Assembly: GCA_031364845.1 (NCBI GenBank)
Contig: JANLWX010000060.1
Coordinates: forward strand, 1-36,164
From: Candidatus Eiseniibacteriota bacterium
GTDB lineage: Bacteria; Eisenbacteria; RBG-16-71-46
Length of the DNA stretch: 36,164 bases
Direction: 5' to 3'
Under the pieces are notes generated by a model. The model searched no databases and was not told the DNA's origin. It saw only the letters and a list, made by a program, of their open reading frames with translations. A program made the translations under genes and the position numbers. Position 1 is the stretch's first letter, and each line of letters begins with the position of its first letter. This document shows positions 27,756-36,164 of the stretch, piece by piece.

Positions 27756-29071
27756 GCGATTGCCGCCCGGCGAACCGGCGCCGCAGTTTCCGCCATGAGC
27801 TGCGGCATCATCGCGTCCACTCCTTCGCAGCACGAATTCCATGAATTGACGCGCGGATAGACCTGCGCGGTCCCCGCGAGATAGAGGCGGCCCGGGATCA
27901 CCGAGTGCGGCGGACGGCGCGATGTGTAGTTGAGCGTCCACACCGGTTCCACATACGGCGCGCGGAACAGGAATGCATCCACGATCGTGCGCGCGGCCTG
28001 CGGGAACAGTTGCTCGAGATCGGAACGGTAGCGCGCGAGCAGATCGTCCTCGCCGGCGGCGAACAGCGCGCTGTCGCGATGCGCATAATTCACGAGATAG
28101 GTGACGTGCAATCCGTGCGAGCGTTCGAGCGGCACCAGGTTCGACATCGCGATCGCGCCCTGTGCCGTCACGCCGCTGTCGACGAACGGCATCCAGTAGT
28201 ACGGCGTCGCCGGCTGCTGCGTGAGGAACACGGCACTCACCACACCCTGGTAGTCGAGCTTCAGGCCGGCGATCGCGGCGTCGAGGCCGAGTCCTTGCGT
28301 CATGTTCTGGAACACGCCGAGCGGCGAGGTCGCGACCACGTAGTCGAAGCGTTCGGATTCGCCGCCACGGATCTGGAGCGTCATGCCGTCGTCGGTGCGC
28401 CCGATGGAGTCCACCCGGGTCGAGAGCCGCAGCCGGGTGCCGCGTTCCGTGAGACGCTGCTCGAACGCATCGATCAGTGAGCGGTAGCCGCGGCGCAGAC
28501 AGCCCTTGCGCTCGGGTCCGGTGCTCTTCTCGCGATGCATGCGGCTCGACAGCCACAGCGCGGGCAGCGAGGTGTAGGGATCGCCGATCTTCGCCGCGAG
28601 CAGCGGACGCCACAGGATTTCGAATGCGCGTTCGCCGGCCATGCCCTTGAGCCAGTCGGCGGCCGTGATCGCGTCGAGCGCCGGATCCATGCCGCCGGTG
28701 CGAGCGCGCAGTCCGATCAGCCCCATGCGCAGCCGTTCGATCACGGTGAGCGGCGGGAAGCGCAGCAGATCCCAGGGCGTGTTCATCGGATGGATCTGGC
28801 GGCGGTACATGAATCCCATCTTCGTCTCACGCCACAGAAGATCCCCGTCGAGACCGAGTTCCGAGATGTGCCGCAGGAGTGCTGCGTCGGCGGGGAGGAT
28901 GCAGTGATAGAACCGTTCGAGATGCTCGCCGCGATATTCGAACGTCGTGCCGAGTCCGCCGAGGAAGCTTTCCCCTTCGAAAAGCGTGACGTGGTGGCCC
29001 AGCTCCGCGATGCGCGCCGCGCTCGCAAGCCCCGAAATGCCGCCACCGATCACTGCCGCGTGTAGGGTCAT
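27752..29071 (-). CDS. FAD-dependent oxidoreductase (protoporphyrinogen/amine oxidase-like family)
   Basis: VIGGGISGLASA Rossmann motif, LGGL, LERFYHCI; GGGAG SD. Confidence 0.85.
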   Translation of the reverse strand: MTLHAAVIGGGISGLASAARIAELGHHVTLFEGESFLGGLGTTFEYRGEHLERFYHCILPADAALLRHISELGLDGDLLWRETKMGFMYRRQIHPMNTPWDLLRFPPLTVIERLRMGLIGLRARTGGMDPALDAITAADWLKGMAGERAFEILWRPLLAAKIGDPYTSLPALWLSSRMHREKSTGPERKGCLRRGYRSLIDAFEQRLTERGTRLRLSTRVDSIGRTDDGMTLQIRGGESERFDYVVATSPLGVFQNMTQGLGLDAAIAGLKLDYQGVVSAVFLTQQPATPYYWMPFVDSGVTAQGAIAMSNLVPLERSHGLHVTYLVNYAHRDSALFAAGEDDLLARYRSDLEQLFPQAARTIVDAFLFRAPYVEPVWTLNYTSRRPPHSVIPGRLYLAGTAQVYPRVNSWNSCCEGVDAMMPQLMAETAAPVRRAAIA

Positions 29072-29428
29072 CGCTCCCCGGCTTGCGTGCATGGCGCACA
29101 CGCCCGGTGGGGGTCGCGTGCACGATGCAATCGTCTGTCCGTCGTTCGATCCCGGCCGCCCGCCCGGCGGCCTCCAGTTCCGCGCGCCACGCGCCACGCC
29201 GCGATGCCGCGAGGTGTGCGCGAGTGGCCGCCAGTGCGGTCCATGGGAGGGATCAAGCAGTCAAACCGCACCCACAATAGAAGCGGGCGGGCCGGGCGAC
29301 AAACCGGCAACTTTCGGCTCGGGACGTGCTTATCGAGACCATGGAATGTTCCGGCTCCCGATCCTCACCCGTCCCCGCGCCAGCGCGCGGCCTGTTTCCC
29401 GCCGCGGGAAATGGGCAGGGGGCCGCGC

Positions 29429-30400
29429 ATGACGGCATCCGGGCGTCCCGACGCCACGTTCGGGGTCGATGTCGTTCCGATGGAACTCTGCCTCGCCGCG
29501 TGCGGGCACACCGACGCCGGCGCCGATCCGATCGTCTACACCACTGGGCTGCCGCGGCTCGCGGAGATCTTCGAACGCGCCGGAGTGCGCGCGACGTTCT
29601 TCGTGCTCGGGCGCGATGCCGGAGCCTTCTCACGCCCGCTCGCCGCACTCGCCGCCGCCGGCCACGAGATCGCGAGTCACTCGTTCAGTTCGCCGTCCGC
29701 GTTTTCACGCCTGAGTCCGGTCCAGATGCGCGATGAAATGATCGCCTCGCGCAATGCGATCCGATCCGCGCTCGGGATTCAGGTGACCGGCTTTCGCGCG
29801 CCGCAGTGCGACCTCGACCGGCGTGGGATCGATGCACTGATCGCGACCGGCTATCGATACGACGCCTCGGCGGAGCCCACGCCGTGGCTTGCGTTCGCGC
29901 GCGCGGCGATGGCCGTGCGCAGCCGTGATGCGTGGCTCGCGTCACGCCTGCGCGCGTGGCCGTTCACGCTGCGGCGCGATCCGCACCACGCGCGGACGTC
30001 GTCAGGCTCGCTGGTTGAGTTCCCGGCGGCGGTCACGCCGTGGAGCCGCCAGCCGGTGCGCCAGGCCGTGTTCGCGCGTCCGACGGCCTCCCGGTTCAAG
30101 GCGATGATCGACGGGTTCGCGAACCGCGGAGAGTCTCTGTCGTGCTCGCTGTGCGCGCTGGATGCGCTCGGTCTGGTCGAAGACCGGCTCGATCCGCGCC
30201 TCGCCCATCACTCCGGCATGAACCACACACTCGAGCAGCGCCTCGAACGCATCGAACGGATCGTGCACCTCGTGACGGGACGCTTCCGCGTCTCGACGTT
30301 CGGCGAACGTGCCACCCGTTTCGCGGCGTGCGAACCGGCGAATGAGGCGGCGAACGTCACTGCGGTGACGCCGGCCATCGAAGCGCGCAACGCCGCGTAG
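29429..30400 (+). CDS. Polysaccharide deacetylase (NodB/CE4)-fold protein, probably degenerate
   Basis: GVRATFFVLG, GHEIASHS, GFRAP, GYRYDAS, LVEFP; start uncertain. Confidence 0.8.
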   Translation: MTASGRPDATFGVDVVPMELCLAACGHTDAGADPIVYTTGLPRLAEIFERAGVRATFFVLGRDAGAFSRPLAALAAAGHEIASHSFSSPSAFSRLSPVQMRDEMIASRNAIRSALGIQVTGFRAPQCDLDRRGIDALIATGYRYDASAEPTPWLAFARAAMAVRSRDAWLASRLRAWPFTLRRDPHHARTSSGSLVEFPAAVTPWSRQPVRQAVFARPTASRFKAMIDGFANRGESLSCSLCALDALGLVEDRLDPRLAHHSGMNHTLEQRLERIERIVHLVTGRFRVSTFGERATRFAACEPANEAANVTAVTPAIEARNAA

Positions 30401-30489
30401 TTTCCGGCTCCCGGCCGGAGCATGGAACAACTCAGCTCCGGAGGCGTATGGTGTGCAGAACGTTGCACACGACCCTCTGGAGGTGGCTC

Positions 30490-31851
30490 ATGCGGAATCA
30501 ATCGAAGGTTCGACCGCGCGCGGCGGCAGGTATGGCGGTGGCGATCGGTGCGCTGGCAGCCGCCGTCGCACACAGCGGCCCTGCGGTGACGGTCTACACT
30601 CGCGACCTCGGCTTCGTGCGCGAGGAACGCATTCTGGAACTGCAGCACGACCGTGACACGGTGCTGGTTCCGGTGCCGGAGCGCATCGACTTCTCTTCAG
30701 TGCGCCTGGTGCCCGCGGGTGCGAAACTCGAACGGCTCGCGTATCGGTTCGACGTCGCGACCGGTGACGGCGCGCTCGAGCGCGCGCGCGGCTCGCGCGT
30801 GCGCGTGGTGCTGCGCGGCGAGCGCGTGGTCGAAGGCACGCTGACTGCGGTCGACGGCTCGTGGCTCGTCGTGCGCGAGAACGACGGCAGCCTGCACACG
30901 CTGGCGCGCAATGCGGCCGACGATGTCCGCATCGCGAATCCCGGCGACCGGTTCACGCTGCGTCCCGCGCTCGAAGCCGTGATCAGCGGGCGCAAGGGCA
31001 CCGTGAACGCGGAGTTGGCGTATCTGACCGGCGGACTGTCGTGGAGTGCCGAGCACGTCGTCGTGCGCCGCGGCGAATCGGCGGCGGTGTGGTCGACGAA
31101 CGTGACCATCGAGAACACGACCGGACGCGATTTCGTGGACGCCACGCTCAAACTGGTCGCGGGCGAGCCCAATCGTGAAGGCGGTGGCTCGCCGCCGATG
31201 CCTTACATGGTGCGCGCTCAGATGGCCGCGGACGGGGCGATGGCGGAGAAGGCGCAGATGACCGAGCAGGCATTCGCCGACTACCACCTGTACACGCTGC
31301 AGCGTCCCGCGACGCTGCGGGAGCGCGAGACGCAGGCGCTCGCGATGCTCGATCCGCGCGACGTCAAGGTGAAGCCGCGCTACCTCTATCGCGGCGGTGA
31401 TGCGCGTGGCGTGCGCACGCAGATGGAAGTTGTGAACTCGAAGGCCGCGGGGCTCGGCGTGCCGCTGCCCGGTGGCCGCGTGCGCTTCTACGAGTCCGAT
31501 CCCTCGGGGGCGCTGCAGTTCACGGGAGAGACGACGCTGCGTCACACGGCCGAAGACGAGAAGATGACGCTCGAAGTCGGATCGGCGTTCGATCTGGTCG
31601 CCGAGCGGCGCGAGACGTACAACAAGCGCATCTCGGATCGCGAGCGCGAGTACGGCGTCGAGATCAAGCTGCGCAACCGCAAGCCGACCAACGTCGAGAT
31701 CGTGGTCGAAGAGGGGATCGGCGGCGACTTCGAGATCACGCAGAAGTCGCACGACTTCACGCGCAAGGACGCCAACACGATCGAGTTCAAGATTCCGGTG
31801 GCGGCCGGCAAGGAAGCGGTGCTCACGTACATCGTGCGCTCGCGCTGGTGA
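30490..31851 (+). CDS. DUF4139-domain exported protein
   Basis: Signal-like N-terminus; VTVYTRDLGFVREER, YLTGGLSWSA, ATLKLVAGEPN, DYHLYTL, GLGVPLPGGRVRFY, AFDLVAER; GGAGGT SD. Confidence 0.85.
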   Translation: MRNQSKVRPRAAAGMAVAIGALAAAVAHSGPAVTVYTRDLGFVREERILELQHDRDTVLVPVPERIDFSSVRLVPAGAKLERLAYRFDVATGDGALERARGSRVRVVLRGERVVEGTLTAVDGSWLVVRENDGSLHTLARNAADDVRIANPGDRFTLRPALEAVISGRKGTVNAELAYLTGGLSWSAEHVVVRRGESAAVWSTNVTIENTTGRDFVDATLKLVAGEPNREGGGSPPMPYMVRAQMAADGAMAEKAQMTEQAFADYHLYTLQRPATLRERETQALAMLDPRDVKVKPRYLYRGGDARGVRTQMEVVNSKAAGLGVPLPGGRVRFYESDPSGALQFTGETTLRHTAEDEKMTLEVGSAFDLVAERRETYNKRISDREREYGVEIKLRNRKPTNVEIVVEEGIGGDFEITQKSHDFTRKDANTIEFKIPVAAGKEAVLTYIVRSRW

Positions 31852-33128
31852 TGCGCGACGAGCCGGCCGCGCGGCGCGTCAGCTCCGAAACGATATCCGA
31901 ACCCGGTGCGGGTGATCCCCGCATCGGGTTCGTGCTGCGTCTGGGACGTGCGCTCCACTCCTACGGTTATCCTTCGCACCAGCTCGAGGACGTGATGGGT
32001 GAGGTCGCGGTGCGCCTCGGGCTGCAGGCGCAGTTCTTCACGACCCCGACATCGATCTTCGCCGCGTTCGGTCCGCAGGATGGCCAGCACACCTATCTGC
32101 TCCGCGTCGAACCGGGTGACGTTCACCTCGAGAAGCTCGCGGCCGTCGATGCGATCGGCCGCGAAGTGCTCGCGGGCACGCTGGATCCCGCGCTCGGAAC
32201 GTCGCGCCTCGCAGCGATCGTCGCAGCACCTCCGCGCTACGGCGTGGCGCTGACCGTGATCGCCTCCGCGCTGTCGTCGGCTTCGGTCGCGAGGTTCCTC
32301 GGCGGCGGAGCGCGTGAAGTTGCACTCGCCGCGGTGATCGGACTGGTGGTCGGCGCGCTCGCCTTCTCGACCGCGCGCATCCGCTCCGCGCGCCGGGTTT
32401 TCGAGCCGCTCGGCGCGTTCGTCGCCTCGGTGCTCGCCGCGGCGCTGTCGATCCCGTTCGGCCCGTGCTCGGTGTACGTCGCCACGCTCGCCGGCATCAT
32501 CGCGCTGATCCCCGGGCTCACGCTGACGACCGCGATGACCGAACTCGCCACACGGCATCTCGCCGCCGGAACCGCGCGACTGTCGGGTGCCATGGTCGCG
32601 TTCCTCGCGATCGCGTTCGGCGTCGCGATGGGCGCCCGCGTCGCCGAGCTCGCGTTCGGCGCGCCGCACATCGCCGAACCGATCCCGCTTGCCCCGTGGA
32701 CCGAGTGGGCGGCGCTGCTGCTGGCGCCGGTGAGCCTGACGGTGCTGTTCCGCGCGCCGCCCCGCGAACTGCACTGGATCGCGCTGACCTCCGTGTGCGC
32801 GTTCTTCGGCGGCCGGCTCGGGGCCCGCGTGTTCGGACCCGAGCTCGGCATCTTTGCGGGCGCCCTGGTCGCCGGCGTCACGAGCAATCTCTACGCGCGC
32901 CTGCGCTGCCGCCCGGCCTCGGTGACGCTGGTGCCCGCCGTGCTGCTGCTGGTGCCGGGCAGCATCGGCTTCCGCGGCCTGGCGCTGATGCTGGAGCAGC
33001 AGGTCGTGGGCGGAGTCGAGAGCGCGTTCCGGATGCTGCTCATGCTATCGGCGCTGGTCGCGGGCCTGCTCATCGCGAACGTGGTGGTGGAAGAGCGCCG
33101 GATCGTGATCGTGGAACGCGGAAATTGA
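31851..33128 (+). CDS. Threonine/serine exporter ThrE family protein
   Basis: LGRALHSYGYPSHQLE, FTTPTSIF, IPGLTLTTAMTELA, LLLVPGSIGF; about 10 TM helices. Confidence 0.9.
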   Translation: MRDEPAARRVSSETISEPGAGDPRIGFVLRLGRALHSYGYPSHQLEDVMGEVAVRLGLQAQFFTTPTSIFAAFGPQDGQHTYLLRVEPGDVHLEKLAAVDAIGREVLAGTLDPALGTSRLAAIVAAPPRYGVALTVIASALSSASVARFLGGGAREVALAAVIGLVVGALAFSTARIRSARRVFEPLGAFVASVLAAALSIPFGPCSVYVATLAGIIALIPGLTLTTAMTELATRHLAAGTARLSGAMVAFLAIAFGVAMGARVAELAFGAPHIAEPIPLAPWTEWAALLLAPVSLTVLFRAPPRELHWIALTSVCAFFGGRLGARVFGPELGIFAGALVAGVTSNLYARLRCRPASVTLVPAVLLLVPGSIGFRGLALMLEQQVVGGVESAFRMLLMLSALVAGLLIANVVVEERRIVIVERGN

Positions 33129-33207
33129 CTCAGGCCGAAAACTTCGAGGATCGGGGCGGGGTACAGTTGTGCTCGACGCCGCGCCACCCGTCTCTGGAGG
33201 CTTCCCC

Positions 33208-33783
33208 ATGAAGTGGATTTGCACGTTTGCGCTCGCCGCGCTCGCCGGTTCCTCGTCCCTCGCTGCGGCGCAGACCTTCGTTCCGCAGTCCGACGCCGAG
33301 AAGCCCCGGGTCCAGTACACGGACTCGCTGGTTTCACTCAACGATCAGTGCGCGGTCGCCAAGCGCAAGCTCAGCCTGTCGGTATCTCCGGTCTACGTGA
33401 ACGGGCAGCCGGTGGCGTTCTGCTGCACGGCGTGCCCGGCGATCTTCTCGAAGGATCCGGAGAACTACGTGAAGGAGTTCGCGCCCAGGCTCGAGTGCCC
33501 GGTCGCTAAGGGCCACGACGCCGTGATCGAGCCCGCGACGCGCGCGTACGTGAATCACGATGTGTTCTTCTTCTCGGATGCGAAGGCGCTGCGCGCGTTC
33601 GTCGCGCGGCCGCTGAAGTACGCCAGCCGCCTCACCGATCCCGTGAGCCGCAACCGGTTCAAGCCGAGCCCGAAGTCGCCGCACACGGTGCTCGATGGAC
33701 GGCCTTATTATTTCGAGAGCGCCGAAACGCTCAAGGCGTTCCAAGCCAGCCCCGATAGCTACGCCACGCGCAAAGGCGCCTGA
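33208..33783 (+). CDS. Exported YHS/TRASH-repeat protein
   Basis: Signal peptide; VAFCCTACPAIFSKDPENY, VFFFSDAKALRAFVARPLKY, TDPVS...YYFESAETLKAFQASPDSY; GGAGG SD. Confidence 0.8.
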   Translation: MKWICTFALAALAGSSSLAAAQTFVPQSDAEKPRVQYTDSLVSLNDQCAVAKRKLSLSVSPVYVNGQPVAFCCTACPAIFSKDPENYVKEFAPRLECPVAKGHDAVIEPATRAYVNHDVFFFSDAKALRAFVARPLKYASRLTDPVSRNRFKPSPKSPHTVLDGRPYYFESAETLKAFQASPDSYATRKGA

Positions 33784-33824
33784 TCCAGGGCGCAGTCGCG
33801 CGGTTCTCCAAAGTCCCGTCAACG

Positions 33825-33861
33825 AAAACGAGCCGGTCGCGCGAAGTGCGTGGCCGGCTCG
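33825..33861 (-). terminator. Rho-independent terminator for the minus-strand Gly-rich gene
   Basis: CGAGCCGGTCGCGC...GCGTGGCCGGCTCG stem (33829-33861) preceded by AAAA, read as a U-tract on the minus strand. Confidence 0.65.
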
Positions 33862-33877
33862 CTGCATGGGGCGAAAC

Positions 33878-36164
33878 CTATCGGACCGTCGACGGATCCT
33901 TCTGAGCCACGAACGGTTCCGGCGGGGTCAACGTCGACGAGGCGCTTCCGCTCGGACCGGTCGCCGCGGCGGGACCGACACCGCCACGCAATCCGCCGGC
34001 TCCGCCGTTGCCCGGGATTCCAACTACGTAGTTGGGGCTCGTGTTGACCGGGGCAGACGTGCCGGCCATGACCAGCGCGACGCTGTAGCCGCCGGCTCCG
34101 CCCGCCCCGCCACCGCCGGGTCCGCCCGTGCCACCGGTTCCGCCGTTGCCTCCGGGTCCGCTGTCGCCGGCGCCGTTGCCGCCCGTGCCCGGGTTGCCGC
34201 CGACACCGCCGGCGCCACCCGCTCCGCCCGTTCCGCCGTTGCCGCCGTTGCCGCTCGTGAACCGGCACGTGGTGAACGTGGGTGAGGAGTTGAACAGGAA
34301 CACCGCGAACGACGCGCCGCCACCCGGACCGCCGCTTCCGGCCACACCCGCACCACCGCCGCCACCACCACCGCCACCGCCACCGCCCTTGTCGGCAGCG
34401 CAGATTGGCGAGTTCAGCTGCCCGCCGCCGCCGCCGCCGCCGCCCGCGGCGCCGACGCCGCCGGTGCCCGCGGTTCCCGGGAGTCCGGAGTGCGGCACCC
34501 ACTGGCCGGCCGACACGGTGCCGCCGCCGCTGCCCGCAACGCCCCCGTTGCCCGGCGTTCCGGCGCAGCCGGCTCCGCCGTTGTTGCCGGTGCCCGCGAC
34601 GATGCCGCACCCCGTGGACCGCGCACCGCCGGTGCCGCCGGTGGCGCAGCCGCTCGTGCTCGAGCCATTGAATCCCACGGCATCGAAACCGCCGAGCCCG
34701 CCTCCGACTCCGGGGACGCCACCCGGAGTCCCGGCGGAGCCGCCGTTGCCTCCCAGACCTCCTGAGCTCGAGTTACTGCTGCCCGCAGTGCCGTTGGCGC
34801 CGATCCCGCCCGATCCGCCGCTCGTTCCGGGAGTGCCGGTCGCGCCGGTGCCTCCCAGGGCCGACTGGAAGCGGCAGTCGTTGAACACGAGGTTGTTGTT
34901 GCTGCCGCTCGAATAGAGCGCGATCGAGTTCGCGCCCGGCGTGATCTGATTGGAGCCGCGGAACTCGAGCGCGTTCAGCAGCGTCGCGGTCGTGATGCCG
35001 TTCGCGGTCGCCGGGAGCGTTCCGACCTGCACGAGCGTGTAGACGCCGGCCGAGCGCGTCCACGTCACGGGGCTCATTCCGCCGTAGATCTTCACCCCGC
35101 CGGCGAGCACCACGGATTCGGGGTAGGTGTCATTCGAAACCATGATGACGGGCGCGCCCGGACACGACCCCGGCGTCGCTGCGGCGATGAGTCCGGCGGC
35201 GATCGTCTTGAACGGACTTGCGCGCGTGCCGAGGCCGCTCGGGGATCCGGTCGAGGCCGACACATAGAATGTGTCGGGATCGTCGATCACGAAGTTCGTC
35301 ACCGCGACTCCGATCGCGCCGTCGTCATCGCGCACCGTGAGCCGGGCACGCTTGATGCCCGCCGAATAGAAGTGCGTCGTGTAGCCGGTCGAGGCGTTCG
35401 AGTAGTCGATCACGCCGTCGTCCTCGAAGTCCCATTGATAGAGCACGACCACTCCGTCGTTGTCGATGCCGGTGGCGGTGAGCTGCACTGCTGTGGCGGA
35501 ACAGGTGCCGATCGATCCCGCGGTCGCGACCGGAGGGATGTTGCGGTTGAGCCGCAGCAGCATGCTCGCGACACCGACCGAGTCGCCCGCGACGCTGAGC
35601 GTCCCGTCGGTCGAGTCGGGCAGGAAACCCGGGTGCTGGCCGATGATCTCGTGCGCGCCGATCGGCACGTCGGTCATCACCCACACGCCGACGTCGTCGG
35701 TGACGGCGATGTAGGACGTGCCGCTCACGAACACCAGCGAGCCGCGATGGTTCGCATCGTCCTCGCGCGTCGCGATGCCGGAGAACGTGCCGGTCGGGAG
35801 CAGGTGGATGTTCACGAACGTGGTGTCGGTCGTGATCGCGGGTAGATCGACGCGCTGCGACCCGGCGCGATGATGGCGTGCCGCACCGGTGACGAGATAC
35901 TCGCCGGCCGTGATTCCGGCGAACACGTAGCGGCCCGCGGCGTCGGTGACGGTGGCGCGCAGGTCGGCGTCCGATCCGAGCGGCTCGAGCGACGCGGGCT
36001 CCGCTTCCGGACCGGGCAGCGCGCGGCCGAGCGCGCGCCGCACCGACGTGCTGAGGCCGCCGCTCATGCGTTCGAGCGTGACGACCACGCCTGCGCCGGC
36101 ACTCGCGTCGTCGACCAGCACGCGGCCCGCGATGAACGCGCCCGTGGGAACGGCGATCGGTTCG
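33878..36164 (-). CDS. Large surface/secreted protein: carboxypeptidase-regulatory-like Ig domains, PKD, DUF1565-like segment and PGRS-like Gly-rich C-terminus; probably starts beyond the window
   Basis: TVTDAAGRYVFAGITAGEY; PPVATAG...YQWDFEDDG...ARLTVRDDDG (PKD); FYVSASTGS...GTRASPFKTIAAG; GGxGGxGG repeats; frame stays open to the window edge. Confidence 0.85.
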   Translation of the reverse strand, partial: EPIAVPTGAFIAGRVLVDDASAGAGVVVTLERMSGGLSTSVRRALGRALPGPEAEPASLEPLGSDADLRATVTDAAGRYVFAGITAGEYLVTGAARHHRAGSQRVDLPAITTDTTFVNIHLLPTGTFSGIATREDDANHRGSLVFVSGTSYIAVTDDVGVWVMTDVPIGAHEIIGQHPGFLPDSTDGTLSVAGDSVGVASMLLRLNRNIPPVATAGSIGTCSATAVQLTATGIDNDGVVVLYQWDFEDDGVIDYSNASTGYTTHFYSAGIKRARLTVRDDDGAIGVAVTNFVIDDPDTFYVSASTGSPSGLGTRASPFKTIAAGLIAAATPGSCPGAPVIMVSNDTYPESVVLAGGVKIYGGMSPVTWTRSAGVYTLVQVGTLPATANGITTATLLNALEFRGSNQITPGANSIALYSSGSNNNLVFNDCRFQSALGGTGATGTPGTSGGSGGIGANGTAGSSNSSSGGLGGNGGSAGTPGGVPGVGGGLGGFDAVGFNGSSTSGCATGGTGGARSTGCGIVAGTGNNGGAGCAGTPGNGGVAGSGGGTVSAGQWVPHSGLPGTAGTGGVGAAGGGGGGGGQLNSPICAADKGGGGGGGGGGGGAGVAGSGGPGGGASFAVFLFNSSPTFTTCRFTSGNGGNGGTGGAGGAGGVGGNPGTGGNGAGDSGPGGNGGTGGTGGPGGGGAGGAGGYSVALVMAGTSAPVNTSPNYVVGIPGNGGAGGLRGGVGPAAATGPSGSASSTLTPPEPFVAQKDPSTVR

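Noticed and set aside
34128..34916. Proline-rich + strand ORF (262 aa)
   Set aside because: It is the antisense mirror of the Gly-rich codons of the minus-strand gene

Overview
A high-GC (roughly 70% by eye) bacterial chromosomal segment, probably from a diderm (it encodes a Wzi-like outer-membrane protein). Ca. Eisenbacteria or a related FCB-type lineage is an unverified guess. About 31 genes are present. The left half (0.2-16 kb) is a regulatory island built from the non-structural parts of the flagellar cascade: csrA, a FlgM-like anti-sigma, a PAS histidine kinase interrupted by an in-frame TAG, a sigma-54 activator, and a sigma-54-promoter operon. That operon encodes a REC protein, a stand-alone sigma region-4 protein, an unknown protein, FlhG, a FliA/WhiG sigma-28, a stand-alone HisKA protein, a degenerate GGDEF protein, a hybrid kinase and a degenerate glycosyltransferase. 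No flagellar structural, export, flhF or fliW gene is in the window. Four equally spaced sigma-28-like promoters point at an unknown gene, an extended MglA GTPase, a ~250-nt intergenic transcript and csrA-flgM. Several regulators carry C-terminal -AA ends or SspB-XB-like motifs, suggesting ClpXP control. The working hypothesis is a repurposed sigma54->sigma28 developmental or polarity circuit. The right half holds galE-like, wzi-like, valS, a surface-glycosylation operon (two paralogous GT-C proteins, wecB, GT2, FAD oxidoreductase), a degenerate deacetylase, DUF4139, ThrE, a YHS protein and a Gly-rich surface protein cut off by the window edge. All calls come from reading motifs by eye; no searches were run.
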